Program-made: the position numbers and the translations under genes
NCBI RefSeq assembly: GCF_964188315.1
Contig: NC_135667.1
Coordinates: 12,710,001 to 12,774,000 of the forward strand
Direction of reading: 5' to 3'
DNA length: 64,000 nt
Source: Podarcis muralis
Taxonomy: Eukaryota
In this document: piece by piece, positions 36,886-48,482 of the stretch
Numbering within the stretch: position 1 is the first letter of the stretch
Layout: each line of letters starts with the position of its first letter
The notes under the pieces: model-generated
Seen by the model: only the letters and a program-made list of their open reading frames with translations
Database searches by the model: none
What the model was told of the DNA's origin: nothing

Positions 36886-37378
36886 AAACCACCACCACCA
36901 GTCATGGTGCTATTTCAAGTCTTTGATGTCCACAGTTCAAGTAAGCAGCAGTAGCTGGTGCTCACTGGAACTGGTAGGACAGAAGGCAGGAAGGCTAAGG
37001 GTAAGTTGACTCAGAGGCAATGATTGGCTGAGGCAGAGCCAACTAATTCTAGTTTTACTCCCATCCTCATCCTTGTTGTGATCTACAAGGGCAGCACTGA
37101 GACTAAGGAGGATGTAGCTTCTAGGAAGGGTCAGTCCCTGTAGGCTGGTTGCAAGTGAGCAAGTGGGGGCTGGCTGACAGCAGACTGAGGTTGGCCTCCA
37201 CTGTTGATAAGTCTTCTCCCTGAGAACCTGTCATGGCTATGCTGGGGCTGTTGGTGGCCAAGCTGAATCCCAAATGGGTTTGTGATGCTCAAGTCAGTTG
37301 CTTCAGTCGGGGAACAGAACCATTGCTCTGTGCACCTGGCAAGAGCACAAGGCCAGGCTCCCAGAATCCTCCTGGAAT

Positions 37379-38323
37379 TTATACTGATCCTGGCCAATCC
37401 GCAGGCCAACGTTTGCCCAACAACCTCCACATGGCATGCTTGATTTCCTTGTTCCTCAGTGTGTAGATCATGGGGTTCAGCAAGGGAAAGACCGTGCTGT
37501 GGAAAATAGCAACCAGCTTGTCCAGAGGGGAGTCCTGGAATGGGCGGCAGTACATGAAGATGGCAGGGCCAAACATGACAACCACGATGATGATGTGGGT
37601 GATGCAGGTGGATGCAGCTTTGCTCTTCCCTTCGGTGGAGCCCATCCTCACCTTGAAGAGCAGGACCACGTAGGAGATGATGAGGAGGGTGAAACTGATG
37701 AGAGCTGAAAGGCCACTGTTGACGAACATAAAGAACTCCAAATCATAGGTGTTGGTGCAAGCCAATTTGACAATCTGGGTGATGTCGCAGAAGAAATTGT
37801 CCAGCTTGTTGGGGCCACAGAAGGGGAGTGGGATGATGAGAGCCACCTGGATGATGGAGTGAACAAACCCTAAGCACCAGAATACCACTACCATGGCCCC
37901 ACAGATTGGAATGCTCACCAGGCTGGCATAATGCAAAGGGTGGCAAATGGCCACATAGCGGTCAATGGCCATGCCGAGGAGGAGGAAGACCTCGGTTCCC
38001 CCCAGCCAGTGGAGAAAGAAGAGCTGGGCCATGCAGCCCCTGTAGGAGATTGTATTGCTGTTGTAGAAGAAGTCAGAGAGCATCTTGGGAGGGGTGACGG
38101 AACAGTAGCAGATATCCAGGAATGCCAGGTTGGCCAAGAAGAAATACATGGGTGAGCTCAGTCGTGGGTCACTCTGGATAGTCACAATGATAAGGATATT
38201 TCCGGGCAGGATCAGAGAGTAGAATAGAAGGAAGAGGAAGAAGAGGAAGAGCTGTGCCTCTCGTGCCTGTGAGAGTCCCAGCAGCACAAACTCTGTCACC
38301 ATGGACTGGTTCCCATGTTCCAT
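37379..38323 (-). CDS. Olfactory receptor, family 4 (OR4N/OR4M-like), 314 aa, intact
   Basis: MEHGNQS start; motifs SPMYFFLANL, MAIDRYVAICHPLHY, LPFCGPNKLDNFFCD, KAASTCITH, PLLNPMIYTLRN. The upstream in-frame extension in the ORF track lies beyond a splice acceptor. Confidence 0.95.
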   Translation of the reverse strand: MEHGNQSMVTEFVLLGLSQAREAQLFLFFLFLLFYSLILPGNILIIVTIQSDPRLSSPMYFFLANLAFLDICYCSVTPPKMLSDFFYNSNTISYRGCMAQLFFLHWLGGTEVFLLLGMAIDRYVAICHPLHYASLVSIPICGAMVVVFWCLGFVHSIIQVALIIPLPFCGPNKLDNFFCDITQIVKLACTNTYDLEFFMFVNSGLSALISFTLLIISYVVLLFKVRMGSTEGKSKAASTCITHIIIVVVMFGPAIFMYCRPFQDSPLDKLVAIFHSTVFPLLNPMIYTLRNKEIKHAMWRLLGKRWPADWPGSV

Positions 38324-38484
38324 ATTGCAGCTTCCACCTGCTGCAACCAAGAGTTGGGATGGGGGGATACAAGGAGTAAATATGAGCAACATCAGAGTGA
38401 ATCTTGCCATTTTTAAAAGGCACTCATTATCCACTTTCTTGGTTTTTTAAAAACAAAAAACAGGGGAAAGGTCAGTGGCACTCC

Positions 38485-38823
38485 AGTACATTTCCGAGCA
38501 CAATTTGAAGTGCTTGTGGTGACCTTTAAAGCCCTAAATGGTCTTGGTCCTGTATACCTGAAGGAGCGTCTCCACCTCCATTGTTCAGCCCAGACACTGA
38601 GGTCCACTTCCAAGGGCTTTCTGCTGGTTCCCTCACTGAGAGAAGTAAAGTTACAGGGAACCAGGCAGAGGGCCTTCTTGGCAGTGGCACCCTCCAACAG
38701 ATGACAAGGAGATAAAGCACTACACAACTTTCTGAAGACATTGGAAGGCAGCCCTGTATAGGAAAGTTTTTAATGTTTGATGCTTTGCTGTGTTTTTATT
38801 ATGTTGGAAGCTGCCCAGAGTGG
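38485..38823 (+). mobile_element. L2 3' end
   Basis: Peptide VVTFKALNGLGPVYLKERL...GTRQRAF, typical of the L2 ORF2 C-terminus. Confidence 0.8.
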
Positions 38824-39922
38824 CAGCTTAAGTTTTTCGAAACACTATGACTTTCGGCCAACCATTTCTCTGGTTGGTGGTTCAGAATGGTCAGCTGATT
38901 ATCTCTGTGGGAAATATACCAAAATGCATTATATTGGGGGGAAATTCCTTCAAAAATGTGTATGTTTTTCAAAACTACATGCAAAAAATGTGTTTATTAG
39001 GAGAAATTTGCACTGAAAAGCTGACAAATTTTCATGAGGATTTTTTTTTTAAAATGTGTGAATTGCTGCGGAAATATGGAGAACAGAATTTGTAATTGGA
39101 AAAATGAGAAACCAAAATTAACAGATTCCTCCATATCTACGGATGAAATACTAAACAGTTTGGTTGAAGAGGGGAAAAATGTATAGTGTGTGAGGTTTCT
39201 TTTTTCTTTAGCAGTGTTGAAGAAACAGGGATAAAGACAGAGAAAGGGAGTGTGGGTTAGGAGTTTAGGAACAGCTTGCTAAAGTGTGGTGCAAATTTAG
39301 CGATGGGCTGCCCTAGCCGCTCTCTGAATGCCTGATGCAGTCTGAGCTGCCCGCTTGGTTCTGTGCACTTGTATGCACTGTGTTCTGCTTGTCTCTTTGT
39401 ATGTAAAACTAACATGAGAAGGTTACTATATGAGTGGACTGTTAGTATTTTAAGGGATGGATTCAAATGCATACTGGAAGTTTAGGTCTGTGCAGTTGAA
39501 GTGGAATAAAGGGCTCTGTTGACCTTGCACAACAAATCCATTTCAAACAACAGACTTTTTGCAAGTGAAATGGAAACGCATGAAAAGTGTGGGATGAACA
39601 AATAATTAAGGGAGGACACCCCACAAGCAAATCAGAATGAATACTCAAGACCGGCTGTAGTCTAACCTCTGCATAAGCTTTGTACAAACCAATCAGGGTG
39701 AATGTTCAATAAACTGAATTTCAGACAAGCAAGTCTTTTTTGGAATTGATTCCTTATTTATTTTATACATTTCTAAGACTTTGAATATACATCATGCATT
39801 TTCCAAAACAAAACTAAACAAGACCCCTCTTTTCTCAGGACTTCCCAGTCCACCCCCCATGGCATTCTAATCAAACTTTATTTTGCTGCATATCCTTTTC
39901 TTCCATCCTATTTTATTCTATA

Positions 39923-40296
39923 GGTAAAGGTAAAGGGACCCTTGGCAGTTAAGTCCAGTCACGAACGACTCTGGGGTTGCGGTGCTCATCTCGCTTTACA
40001 GACCAAGGGAGCCGGCGTTTGTCTGCTTCCGCAGGCAGTTTTTCTGGGTTATGTGGCCAGCATGACTAAGCCGCTTCTGGCGAAACCAGAGCAGCGCATG
40101 GAAATGCCATTTACCTTCCCACGGGAGTGGTACCTATTTATCTAATTGCATTTTGACATGCTTTCGAACTGCTAGGTTGGCAGGAGCTGGGACTGAACAA
40201 TGGGAGCTCACCCCGTGACGGGGTTCGAACTGCCGACCTTCCGATTGGCAAGTCCAAGCGGTACAGTGGTTTAAACCACAGCGCCACCCGTGTCCC
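39923..40296 (-). mobile_element. Sauria SINE
   Basis: Same family; TSD ATTTTATTCTATA / ATTTTATCCTATA. Confidence 0.9.
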
Positions 40297-41681
40297 ATTT
40301 TATCCTATAAATAGCCTTTATTGTTGGTCACTGCTGCTCTTACTGTTATTCCTACTCGTAAGTTAATTTAAATATTATATCTTTTAAATATTCTCCCAAG
40401 TATTTCCACTCATCCTTTATCAGAGTTTCATCTTTATTTCTTATTTTCACTGTCATGTATGCTAGCTCTGCGTATTCTATCAAATTATTTTGCCATTGTT
40501 CTTTGGTCGGGATGTCAAGCAAATCTTTTGATAGAGATGCACTAAAACTCCTCAGCTGTCAGCCTTTAAGGAAGCAAGGAGGCCGTATCAAAGCATTAAT
40601 TTACACTAAACCATTAGGTCAAAGCAGTTTTTTGTGCTATTCATTTCTAGAATAGATCATATTCTTTCTGCCTTGCCTTCTTCTTCCATGTTTAAGATGT
40701 GCCCACCTTTTACACTATTGCTGCAAGAAACCAGGATCTTCATAGCAAACATGATACTTACTAGAGTTGAGTAGAGGAATACTTCCTTCCTCCCTCCCCA
40801 TTGTTATTGCTTAGGTCTGTTTTGCACACTCCAAACAAATGACACTTCCAAAATGTCAGCATTTTGACAAACACAAAACGGAACTTTTAAGTTTGCACAA
40901 CTAAAGTTGAATTAAGGGCTCTGTCGTCCTAGCACAACAAATCCAGTTTAAAAAAAGAATTGGACTGTTTGCAGTTTGGAAAGTGGGGTGGAATTGCATT
41001 CAAAAGTATGGGGTGAACAAATGATTAACATGAAGATGCATGAAAGCCCCGCAAGAAAATTAAGACAAATGAAGTTAGATTGCTTGTGGTCCCACAACAA
41101 ATCAGAAAAAATGCTCAATCTAACTTCTGCATAAGCTTTGTGCAAGCAAATCAAGATGAATGAGGAATCTGGAGGAGCCCAAATACTCAAGAGATTGGAG
41201 CAAACACATACAGTTGGGAACAGGCTTGACAGCAAACACATACAGTTGGGAACAGGTTTGGTGTTCTGAAATAATGGGTGTTGTTCACAGACAAAGGGAT
41301 TTCTGAGATTAAAAATATTACCAAAGCCAAGAACTAGCTCAGACACTTACTTGGTTCCCATTGATAAAGGGAGAATGGGAGGCATTAGGAAAAGTAGAAG
41401 GGAACTGGAGAACGAAGGTTTCTTGAAAGCAACGTAGCATCCACATTCTTCGGTGGGATAGGGAAGGTATCCCCCCCCCCCCGCCCCGTTCTCAGGTCTG
41501 TATCACTGCTCACATCTTTATCTTCTCTGAGCCCAGGAGGTATGTTGCTCACTGAAGGAAGAACAGGACTTGTTATCATGATGGCCCTGGAGGTGAGCCC
41601 AGCTCCATACCTTGGGGACCTTGTTAAAAACTAGAAATCAGCTTGAGAAATTGCATCTGCGCCTCCTATGCCCTTCTTTTA

Positions 41682-41691
41682 TCCCAAGGGA
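41682..41691. promoter_or_regulatory. Perfect O/E (EBF) site, candidate promoter of the 37379 OR
   Basis: TCCCAAGGGA, 3.4 kb upstream of the ATG; a strong donor CAA|GTAAGT lies at 41351/41350 on - strand. Confidence 0.4.
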
Positions 41692-41929
41692 GGGAAAAAC
41701 TGAGCAGGGAAACAAATGAGGCCAAGGGCAGTGCTGGATTTTGGGCGGTGTAGGTAGTCCCCCTGCACAGGGTGCTGAGCCAAGAGGGTGCATTACAAAA
41801 ACAACAACTTCTGTTTTTGTCAGCCTATTGAATAGATCCACAAAAAAGCAACTCTACCGAAAGGAATTATTGTGAAAATAAGAAATATTTAGAGGGGGCG
41901 CCAAATTTTGTCATTGCTCAGGGCACCAT

Positions 41930-42329
41930 TGTCAGGAGCACATGCAGGAGCCAGGCCCTGGGACCAGTAGGACTTTGCAGGACTGGGGCCTTCCTAAGTT
42001 TGTTCTGAAGAGGCAAGGCGTGGCCGCACAGGTGAGGCCAATTGGTAACTCACAGCACCTGGTGGCAAGAGCCAGGAAGGGATATAAGGTCAGCATTTCC
42101 CTTTGGCTCTTTGCCACAGCAACACGTTCCCTGCCTTGCTGCGTTTTGCTCCTTGACTCCTTGCTTCTTGATCCTTGGAGCCCTGACTTTGTGACTCCTT
42201 GCTTCCTGATCCTCAGACTCTTAGCTTCCTGGCTTCTGGACTCCCGTTCCTGCTCCCACCCTGCCATCTTGCCCCCGGTCCTGACTTCTCCAGCCGGGAC
42301 TTAGATCGCCCGTGAACCAGACTGTGACA
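41930..42329 (+). mobile_element. Solo LTR (400 bp)
   Basis: TGTCA...TGACA termini; perfect 5-bp TSD ACCAT; CCAAT at about 42038 and GATATAAG at about 42081. Confidence 0.85.
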
Positions 42330-42469
42330 ACCATCCTATCAAAGTCCATTCCTGCCAAGGGCTTCCAAATTTACCAGCGTGACTTTGCTCTAAGTTAGGA
42401 AACTCTTAGCTTAGGCTATAGGTGAGCTGACTTCTGTCTTGTTTGGTCTGCTGTTCTTTCATTTGCTTA

Positions 42470-42829
42470 AAGGTAAAGGTACCCCTGCCCGTACGGGCCA
42501 GTCTTGACAGACTCTAGGGTTGTGTGCTCATCTCACTTAAGAGGCCGGGGGCCAGCGCTGTCCGGAGACACTTTCCGGGTCACGTGGCCAGCGTGACAAA
42601 GCTGCATCTGGCGAGCCAGCGCAGCACACGGAAACGCCGTTTACCTTCCTGCCAGTAAGCGGTCCCTATTTATCTACTTGCACCCGAGGGTGCTTTCGAA
42701 CTGCTAGGTTGGCAGGCGCTGGGACCGAACAATGGGAGCGCACCCCGCCGCGGGGATTCGAACCGCCGACCTTTCGATCGGCAAGCCCTAGGCGCTGAGG
42801 CTTTTACCCACAGCGCCACCCGCGTCCCC
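42470..42829 (-). mobile_element. Sauria SINE (different subfamily)
   Basis: AAAGGTAAAGGT tail on + strand; GGATTCGAACCG head; short TSD TGCTTA. Confidence 0.88.
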
Positions 42830-43489
42830 TGCTTAGGAGGGTCATTTGCTTAGGAGCTGACTATAACAGGCAGTTGGTATTCTGTGGCTGATGGCATGTT
42901 CAGTCCTCATCGGGTTATTCCCCCCCTTTAAAGAACAAAAGGAGTAAGTGCCCGCTGAATGAGCCCAAAGCTTCCTGCTCTCACAGTGGCCAACCAGATG
43001 CCTGTGATTATTGCACAGGACCTGGGTGCAATAGCCTCCTTCCAACTTGCTATTTCCATAAACTGGTCAGAGGCATACTTCCTCCATCAGTGGAGGTAGA
43101 ACATACTTGTTAGGGTTAGTAGCCACTGATAGCCTTAACCTCCATGAATTTGTATAATCCTCTTTTAAAGTCATCGAGGTTGATAACCATCTTGTGGGAG
43201 TGAATTTGATGGCCTATCCACAAAAAATCACCATAGCTATTTTATTCAAAGCATCATGCTCACAAACTTAGCACAAATGTCACATTAATGATCCACCTTA
43301 CAAGGCAGTTGCAGAAACAACTAAGATAACGTTTGTGAGCTTCATGCAAAGGAATGTCCAAAAATAAATGAGACTAAATGGCCACTAGGAGGCATTGATG
43401 CTTCGTAAATGGCCAGATTGGAATACACCGAAGGCTTTGAATATGCTGCTGTTTTTTCAAGATTTCACTTCCATTTAGGTAGGCTAGAA

Positions 43490-43743
43490 CAGGGGTCAGC
43501 AACCTTTTTCAGCCATGGGCCGGTCCACTGTCCCTCAGACCATGTGGTGGGCCAGACTATACTTTGGGGGGGGGGGGAAATGAATGAATTTCTATGCCCC
43601 ACAAATAACCCAGAGACACATTTTAAATAAAAGCACACAATCTACTCATGTAAAAACACGCTGATTCCCAGACTGTCTGTGGGCCAGATTGAGAAGGCGA
43701 TTGGGCCAGATCTGGCCCATGGGCCTCAGGTTGCCTACCCCTG
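43490..43743. mobile_element. Same hAT MITE family, inverted
   Basis: CAGGGGTCAGCAACC ... GGTTGCCTACCCCTG; TSD GGCTAGAA / GGCTAGTG. Confidence 0.75.
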
Positions 43744-44066
43744 GGCTAGTGGCTGTGAAGGAGTGAAAGTTTTGACTGGCTGTTAAGTGCTGTGCCGGGC
43801 ATTAAACACAGATGTGTGGAAGGTGAACCTGTAACTCTCCAGATTCTGTTGGACTTCAATCCTCATCAGCCCCAGGCAGCATGTCCAATGGTCAAAGATG
43901 ATGGGAGTTGTGGTCTAGCAATATTTGGAGGGTCACAGGTTCCTTGCTCTTGCCTGAAGGGGAGCAATTCTTAAAGGGCATTTCCTTGCAAATAGTGAGT
44001 GGAGAATATTTTGACAAAGGAGAAAACAAGAGAGGGTTTATTATGGAAGGGTGCTGATATTTGTTA

Positions 44067-44111
<45 letters not shown>

Positions 44112-44397
44112 TTATTATTTATACCCCACCCATCTGGCTGGGTTTCCCCAGCCACTCTGGGTGGCTTCCAACTGAATATTAAAAACAGTACAGCATCAGA
44201 CATTAAAAACTTCCCTAAAGAGGGCTGCCTTCAGTTGTCTTTTAAAAGTAAAATAGTTGTTTATTGCCTTGACATCTGGTGGGAGGGCGTTCCACAGGGC
44301 AGGCGCCACTACCGAGAAGGCCCTCTGTCTGGTTCCCTGTAACCTCACTTCTCGCAATGAGGGAAGTGCCAGAAGGTCCTGGCGCTGGATCTCAGTG
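44067..44397 (-). mobile_element. L2 3' end with (ATT)n tail
   Basis: Same family as 9497-9893. Confidence 0.8.
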
Positions 44398-44644
44398 CTA
44401 ATTTTATAAGTCCATGTGTATTTTTCGCTTGTGGTAGTAAGTTCGCTTGTTCAGCAGTGTGCTGTGTAAAGAAGTGCTTCCTTTTCAGCCCCATTGGATG
44501 AGCCCGGGTTCTGGAATTAGGAGAGAAGGATGAAAACTTATCCCTGTCCACTTTACCCAACCTTGTGTGCATAAATAACTGTAAATAAAATAAAAGTTTG
44601 CTGCTTTTTTGTGTCAGCCGTCACAGGGGGCCTCTGCAAGCTGC

Positions 44645-45604
44645 CTAACGGCGGGCCTGGCCTTGAGTGGAAACCTGCCCAGAAAGCCTTGACAAAAGAC
44701 TTCCCAATGCAGCCTTCATCTCTTTGTTCTTCAAAGCATAGATAGCTGGGTTCAGCAAGGGGGTGATGGAAGTGTAGAAGACAGAGAGTACCTTATCAAT
44801 CATGAACCGGGTGTACGGACGCAAGTAAATAAACATAATGGGCCCAAAGTACATGGTGACCACGATGAGGTGAGAGGTGCATGTGGAGGCAGCCTTGGTG
44901 GTCCCTTCAGAGGGACCCCGGGAGCAGACTGTGTAGAGAATGAATCCATACGAGAGAAGCAAGCCAATGAAACACACCAGTGACAAAATGCCACTGTTGG
45001 TGACCATCATGACCTCCAGGGGGTAGGTGTCAGTGCAGGCCAACTTGATGACCAAGGGGAGGTCACAATAGAAGCTGTCCACCTGATTGGGTCCACAAAA
45101 AGGCACATTAATGATGAAACCCAGTTGCACAGTAGCATGGAGGAGCCCACCAGCCCAGGAGGCAAGGAGAAGTGCCATGCAATGGCGTCGGTTCATGAGT
45201 GAGGCATAGCGGAGAGGATGGGAGATGGCCACATACCGGTCATAGGCCATAACAATCAGCAGGAGCATCTCAATGCCTCCAAAGAAGTGGAGGCAGAAGA
45301 TTTGTGTCATGCAGCCATGGAAGGAGATGACATGGTGCTGGGCAAGGTAATCAAAGAGAGATCTTGGAGTGGCAAAGGAGCACAGGCAGAGGTCCAGGAA
45401 AGCCAAATGAGCCAGCAGAAAGAACATGGGTGAATCTGAAAGACGGTGATCCCTGAAAATCGCAAAGATGATGAGAGTGTTGCTGAAGAGAGTACCAATG
45501 TAGAGGAAGAGGAAGAAGACAAATAAGATGAGTTGGACTTCCCTGGTTTCAGAGAGGCCCAGTAGGACAAACTCGGTCGTCATGGTCTGGTTTGACCACA
45601 CCAT
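44645..45604 (-). CDS. Olfactory receptor, family 4 (OR4K/4F/4Q-like), 319 aa, intact
   Basis: MVWSNQT start; motifs SPMFFLL, MAYDRYVAISHPLRY, FCGPNQVDSFYCDLPLVIKLACTDTY, STCTSHL, PLLNPAIY. Confidence 0.95.
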   Translation of the reverse strand: MVWSNQTMTTEFVLLGLSETREVQLILFVFFLFLYIGTLFSNTLIIFAIFRDHRLSDSPMFFLLAHLAFLDLCLCSFATPRSLFDYLAQHHVISFHGCMTQIFCLHFFGGIEMLLLIVMAYDRYVAISHPLRYASLMNRRHCMALLLASWAGGLLHATVQLGFIINVPFCGPNQVDSFYCDLPLVIKLACTDTYPLEVMMVTNSGILSLVCFIGLLLSYGFILYTVCSRGPSEGTTKAASTCTSHLIVVTMYFGPIMFIYLRPYTRFMIDKVLSVFYTSITPLLNPAIYALKNKEMKAALGSLLSRLSGQVSTQGQARR

Positions 45605-47427
45605 TCCCTCCTTGTGTATCACTGTGAAAATTGGGCAGAAAGGAGAGAGTAATGAGATACTTGCTTCACAGTTTTAGGTGAAATCAGCAAAGGGTGTGTC
45701 TTGTGTGTTATTCTTCTCAGCTGGGTGCTGAGACTCCAGTCTGAGTGGTTCATACATTATTGCAGGACTTATAGTGATTCAGACTGTTCCCCGATCTAAC
45801 TTACTATTGTTTGTATGAGGAACCAAGGATGGAGAATATGTGGCTTTTCAGGTGTTGTGGAACTCCAACTTCCTTTCTCTTTGACCACTGACAAGTCTGG
45901 CTGTGGATGAGTCCTACCAACATCTGAAGGGTCATAGGTTTCCTGTCTTTGATTTATTTATATGTTACTGCCTTACATTGAGTCATAGTTGGAGCAATGA
46001 ATAAATCATACATGCCACAAAAAAGAAAGGCTGACTATCCAAGGTGCAGTTTGCTCAAGTCCATCAGTTGTGTGTCAAACAAACCATCAGGTTTAGGTAC
46101 TGGACAAGTGAGAAATTGCTTAGAAATGGACACCATATTGAGAGACTTGCAATCATACTCCCTCATGTTTTGAATAAAAGAAGGGAATTAAAAATGTTTA
46201 CATCCCTACACAAACAAAAAAAGATCAGGGGCAAATGGGGCATAACTTTAAGCTAATTGTATATTAGAAATGAGAACTGATTGCTATAAAAATGTGCAAG
46301 TTGCTTATAGATCTCAAGAGAGGCTGGATATTAACCTACCCATGGAAAGAATGAGAAGGCACTCTGGACCACGTCTTGTAACATTATTAGACTCAAAAAA
46401 GAAGTATGTCAAATCAATGCTTGAGAAATAGAGAAAAAATGTTGCAGAGAATAGATGAACAAATAAAACTAATGCAGGTTCCGAAAGGAGGTGAATTGCA
46501 AAGGTTAAACATAAACAACCAAACTGAAATAGAGAGATAGTAATAGGAGTCATGGGAATGAAGTAACTTCCCAACAGATTTTTTTTATTTCTTTACATTC
46601 TTTACTTTCTCCCATGCCCATGTACCCCTTTGTCTACCTTCATTACTAAACTGCATCCACTCCTATTGTGCTGTTTAAAGGCTGGCCTTAAAATTGTACG
46701 CCCAACTGAGGTTTAACTTTTGCTTCCTCCTCCATTTTCACATCTATCCTTGACCTTGGTCCCACCCACCCCCTTTCTAATAAGGTATATTTCAATAAAT
46801 GTGGGGTGGTGAGTTTGAACCCAGATATTTTCCCTCCTCACAGTTGTTTGAACCCTGCTCCCCTTGTTCTCTGTTGGAAATGAAAGTAGAGTTGCCACAG
46901 TTATCTATTCTTGGGGACACTCTGACGGATCTAATTTTGTAGACGTTAATAGAAGAGAAGAGAAGAAAATGTTGCTCTGTGGAGTGTCTCTGTGTCCTAG
47001 CTACCCAGCTACCCATCTCTCCCCTCCCAGTTTTCCATCTCCCCACTGCCACCACACAATCCCAGAAAAGGATGTTAGAACTCTTGTGACCACTGGGCAT
47101 GTTCAGTCTCACTGGGCTGTTTTGAGGTGGATTTTGTCCCCCCCCTTAAAGAAGACCAGGGAACCCTCCTGGATCAGGCCAATGGCTCATCTAACCCAGT
47201 GTACTACTCTCACAGTGCCCAAACAGACTCTTTTGGGAAACCCGCAAACCAGACCTGCGCAGAAAAGCATTCTCTCCCCTCCTGCATTTTCCTGCAGCTG
47301 AAAGAGTACTCAGCTAGTTGGTCATAAGTTGCATTCACATGTCAGTTTATTCCATTTCTCTAACTGTTCATTTCCACATTATATTTGAGCTTTCACACGA
47401 CATAAAAGCTACTTCCAGAACTATAGT

Positions 47428-47632
47428 CAAAACAAAATAAATTCCTTCCAGTAGCACCTTAAAGACCAACTAAGTTAGTTCTTGGTATGAGCTTTCGTGT
47501 GCATGCACACTTCTTCAGATACACTGAAACAGAAGTTGCCAGATCCTTCTATATAGTGAGAAGGTGGGGAGGGGTATTACTCAGAAGGGTGGTGGGAATG
47601 GGTGATTGGCAGATAGCTGTGATGAGCCTGTT
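47428..47632 (-). mobile_element. Penelope-like pseudo-LTR fragment (CCAAT, TATA, hammerhead)
   Basis: Same sequence family as the fold-back copies; 10-bp TSD GAACTATAGT (47418-47427, 47633-47642); empty paralogous site at about 62695. Confidence 0.8.
47485..47522 (-). ncRNA. Minimal type I hammerhead ribozyme motif
   Basis: GUAU-CUGAAGA-A-GUGUGCAUGCACAC-GAAA-GC-UC/AUAC: stem I GUAU:AUAC, core CUGANGA and GAAA, palindromic stem II, loop-less AGCU stem III, cleavage triplet CUC. One extra A precedes stem II. Confidence 0.75.
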
Positions 47633-48381
47633 GAACTATAGTTGAACATACAAAACTTTGGTGCTAATTTCTGTGCTGTTTGCTGCCAAAAAAAATCCTT
47701 TGCAAATAATACAGAAACGAGGTTCTAAACATCTGCTATACCCTTCTATAGTTCTGGATGTGGTTTTTACATTGTATAATGGAATGTGAAAATTAACAGT
47801 CAGGGAAACACTGGGGAAATGGAATGAACTGCTATGTGTATAATAGCCAGTGTCTAACCTGGAAAGGTAGTTCTGAGTTCTCATGTCCTTATATTCTCCC
47901 TTAGAAAGGAACACCACTTCCCTAACCTCAGTATTCCAACAGTATGCTGGGACAAATCCATTCCAGATCAGGCTGTGGTAAGCTGAGTGTTCTGTCTTCT
48001 GACAGCAGTCAAACAGATGCCTATGGAAAACCCAGGAACAGAACTTGAAAGAAGCAACAGCTATCTTCCACTGTTGTTCTCTAGCATTGAGACACATGCC
48101 ACCTTCGATACTGGAGGTATTATATATAGTCTCCAGTGCTCTGGATGGAGAATTGCATCCCAACAATGATGACCAGTCTCTATGCTGCCTCTATGCCTAT
48201 AGACAATCTAGCCACTAATAGGCATGTGGAGCTCTGGAGACAGAGAGGGTGAGAAAGCAGATCAGCAGATAGAAACTGCTGGACAGCTCCTTGGAGGAGT
48301 CTGCAATATGTCATCTTCCGCAGAATTTCGCACCTGCGTTTTGGAAAAATCTAATCCACCCTCATCTATTTTTTCACCCAC

Positions 48382-48482
48382 CTGCAAATCCCAGCAGATA
48401 TTTCTTGAGGTTTTCAGCAGCAATTTCTTCTACTCAGGATCAGCATCAGTTTGGAGCTGATTGATCCGGTTCCATCTGCTGC
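48382..48482 (-). other. Predicted non-coding 5' UTR exon of the 44645 OR
   Basis: Acceptor ACTCATAG|GCAGC at 48483/48482 and donor CAG|GTGGGT at 48382/48381; both are conserved in the paralogous block at 55377-55473. Confidence 0.45.

Noticed and set aside
38324-38434. Extended OR N-termini from the ORF track (also 52767-52835 and 59154-59243)
   Set aside because: They cross the predicted splice acceptor 17 nt upstream of the conserved ATG and are pyrimidine-tract-like.
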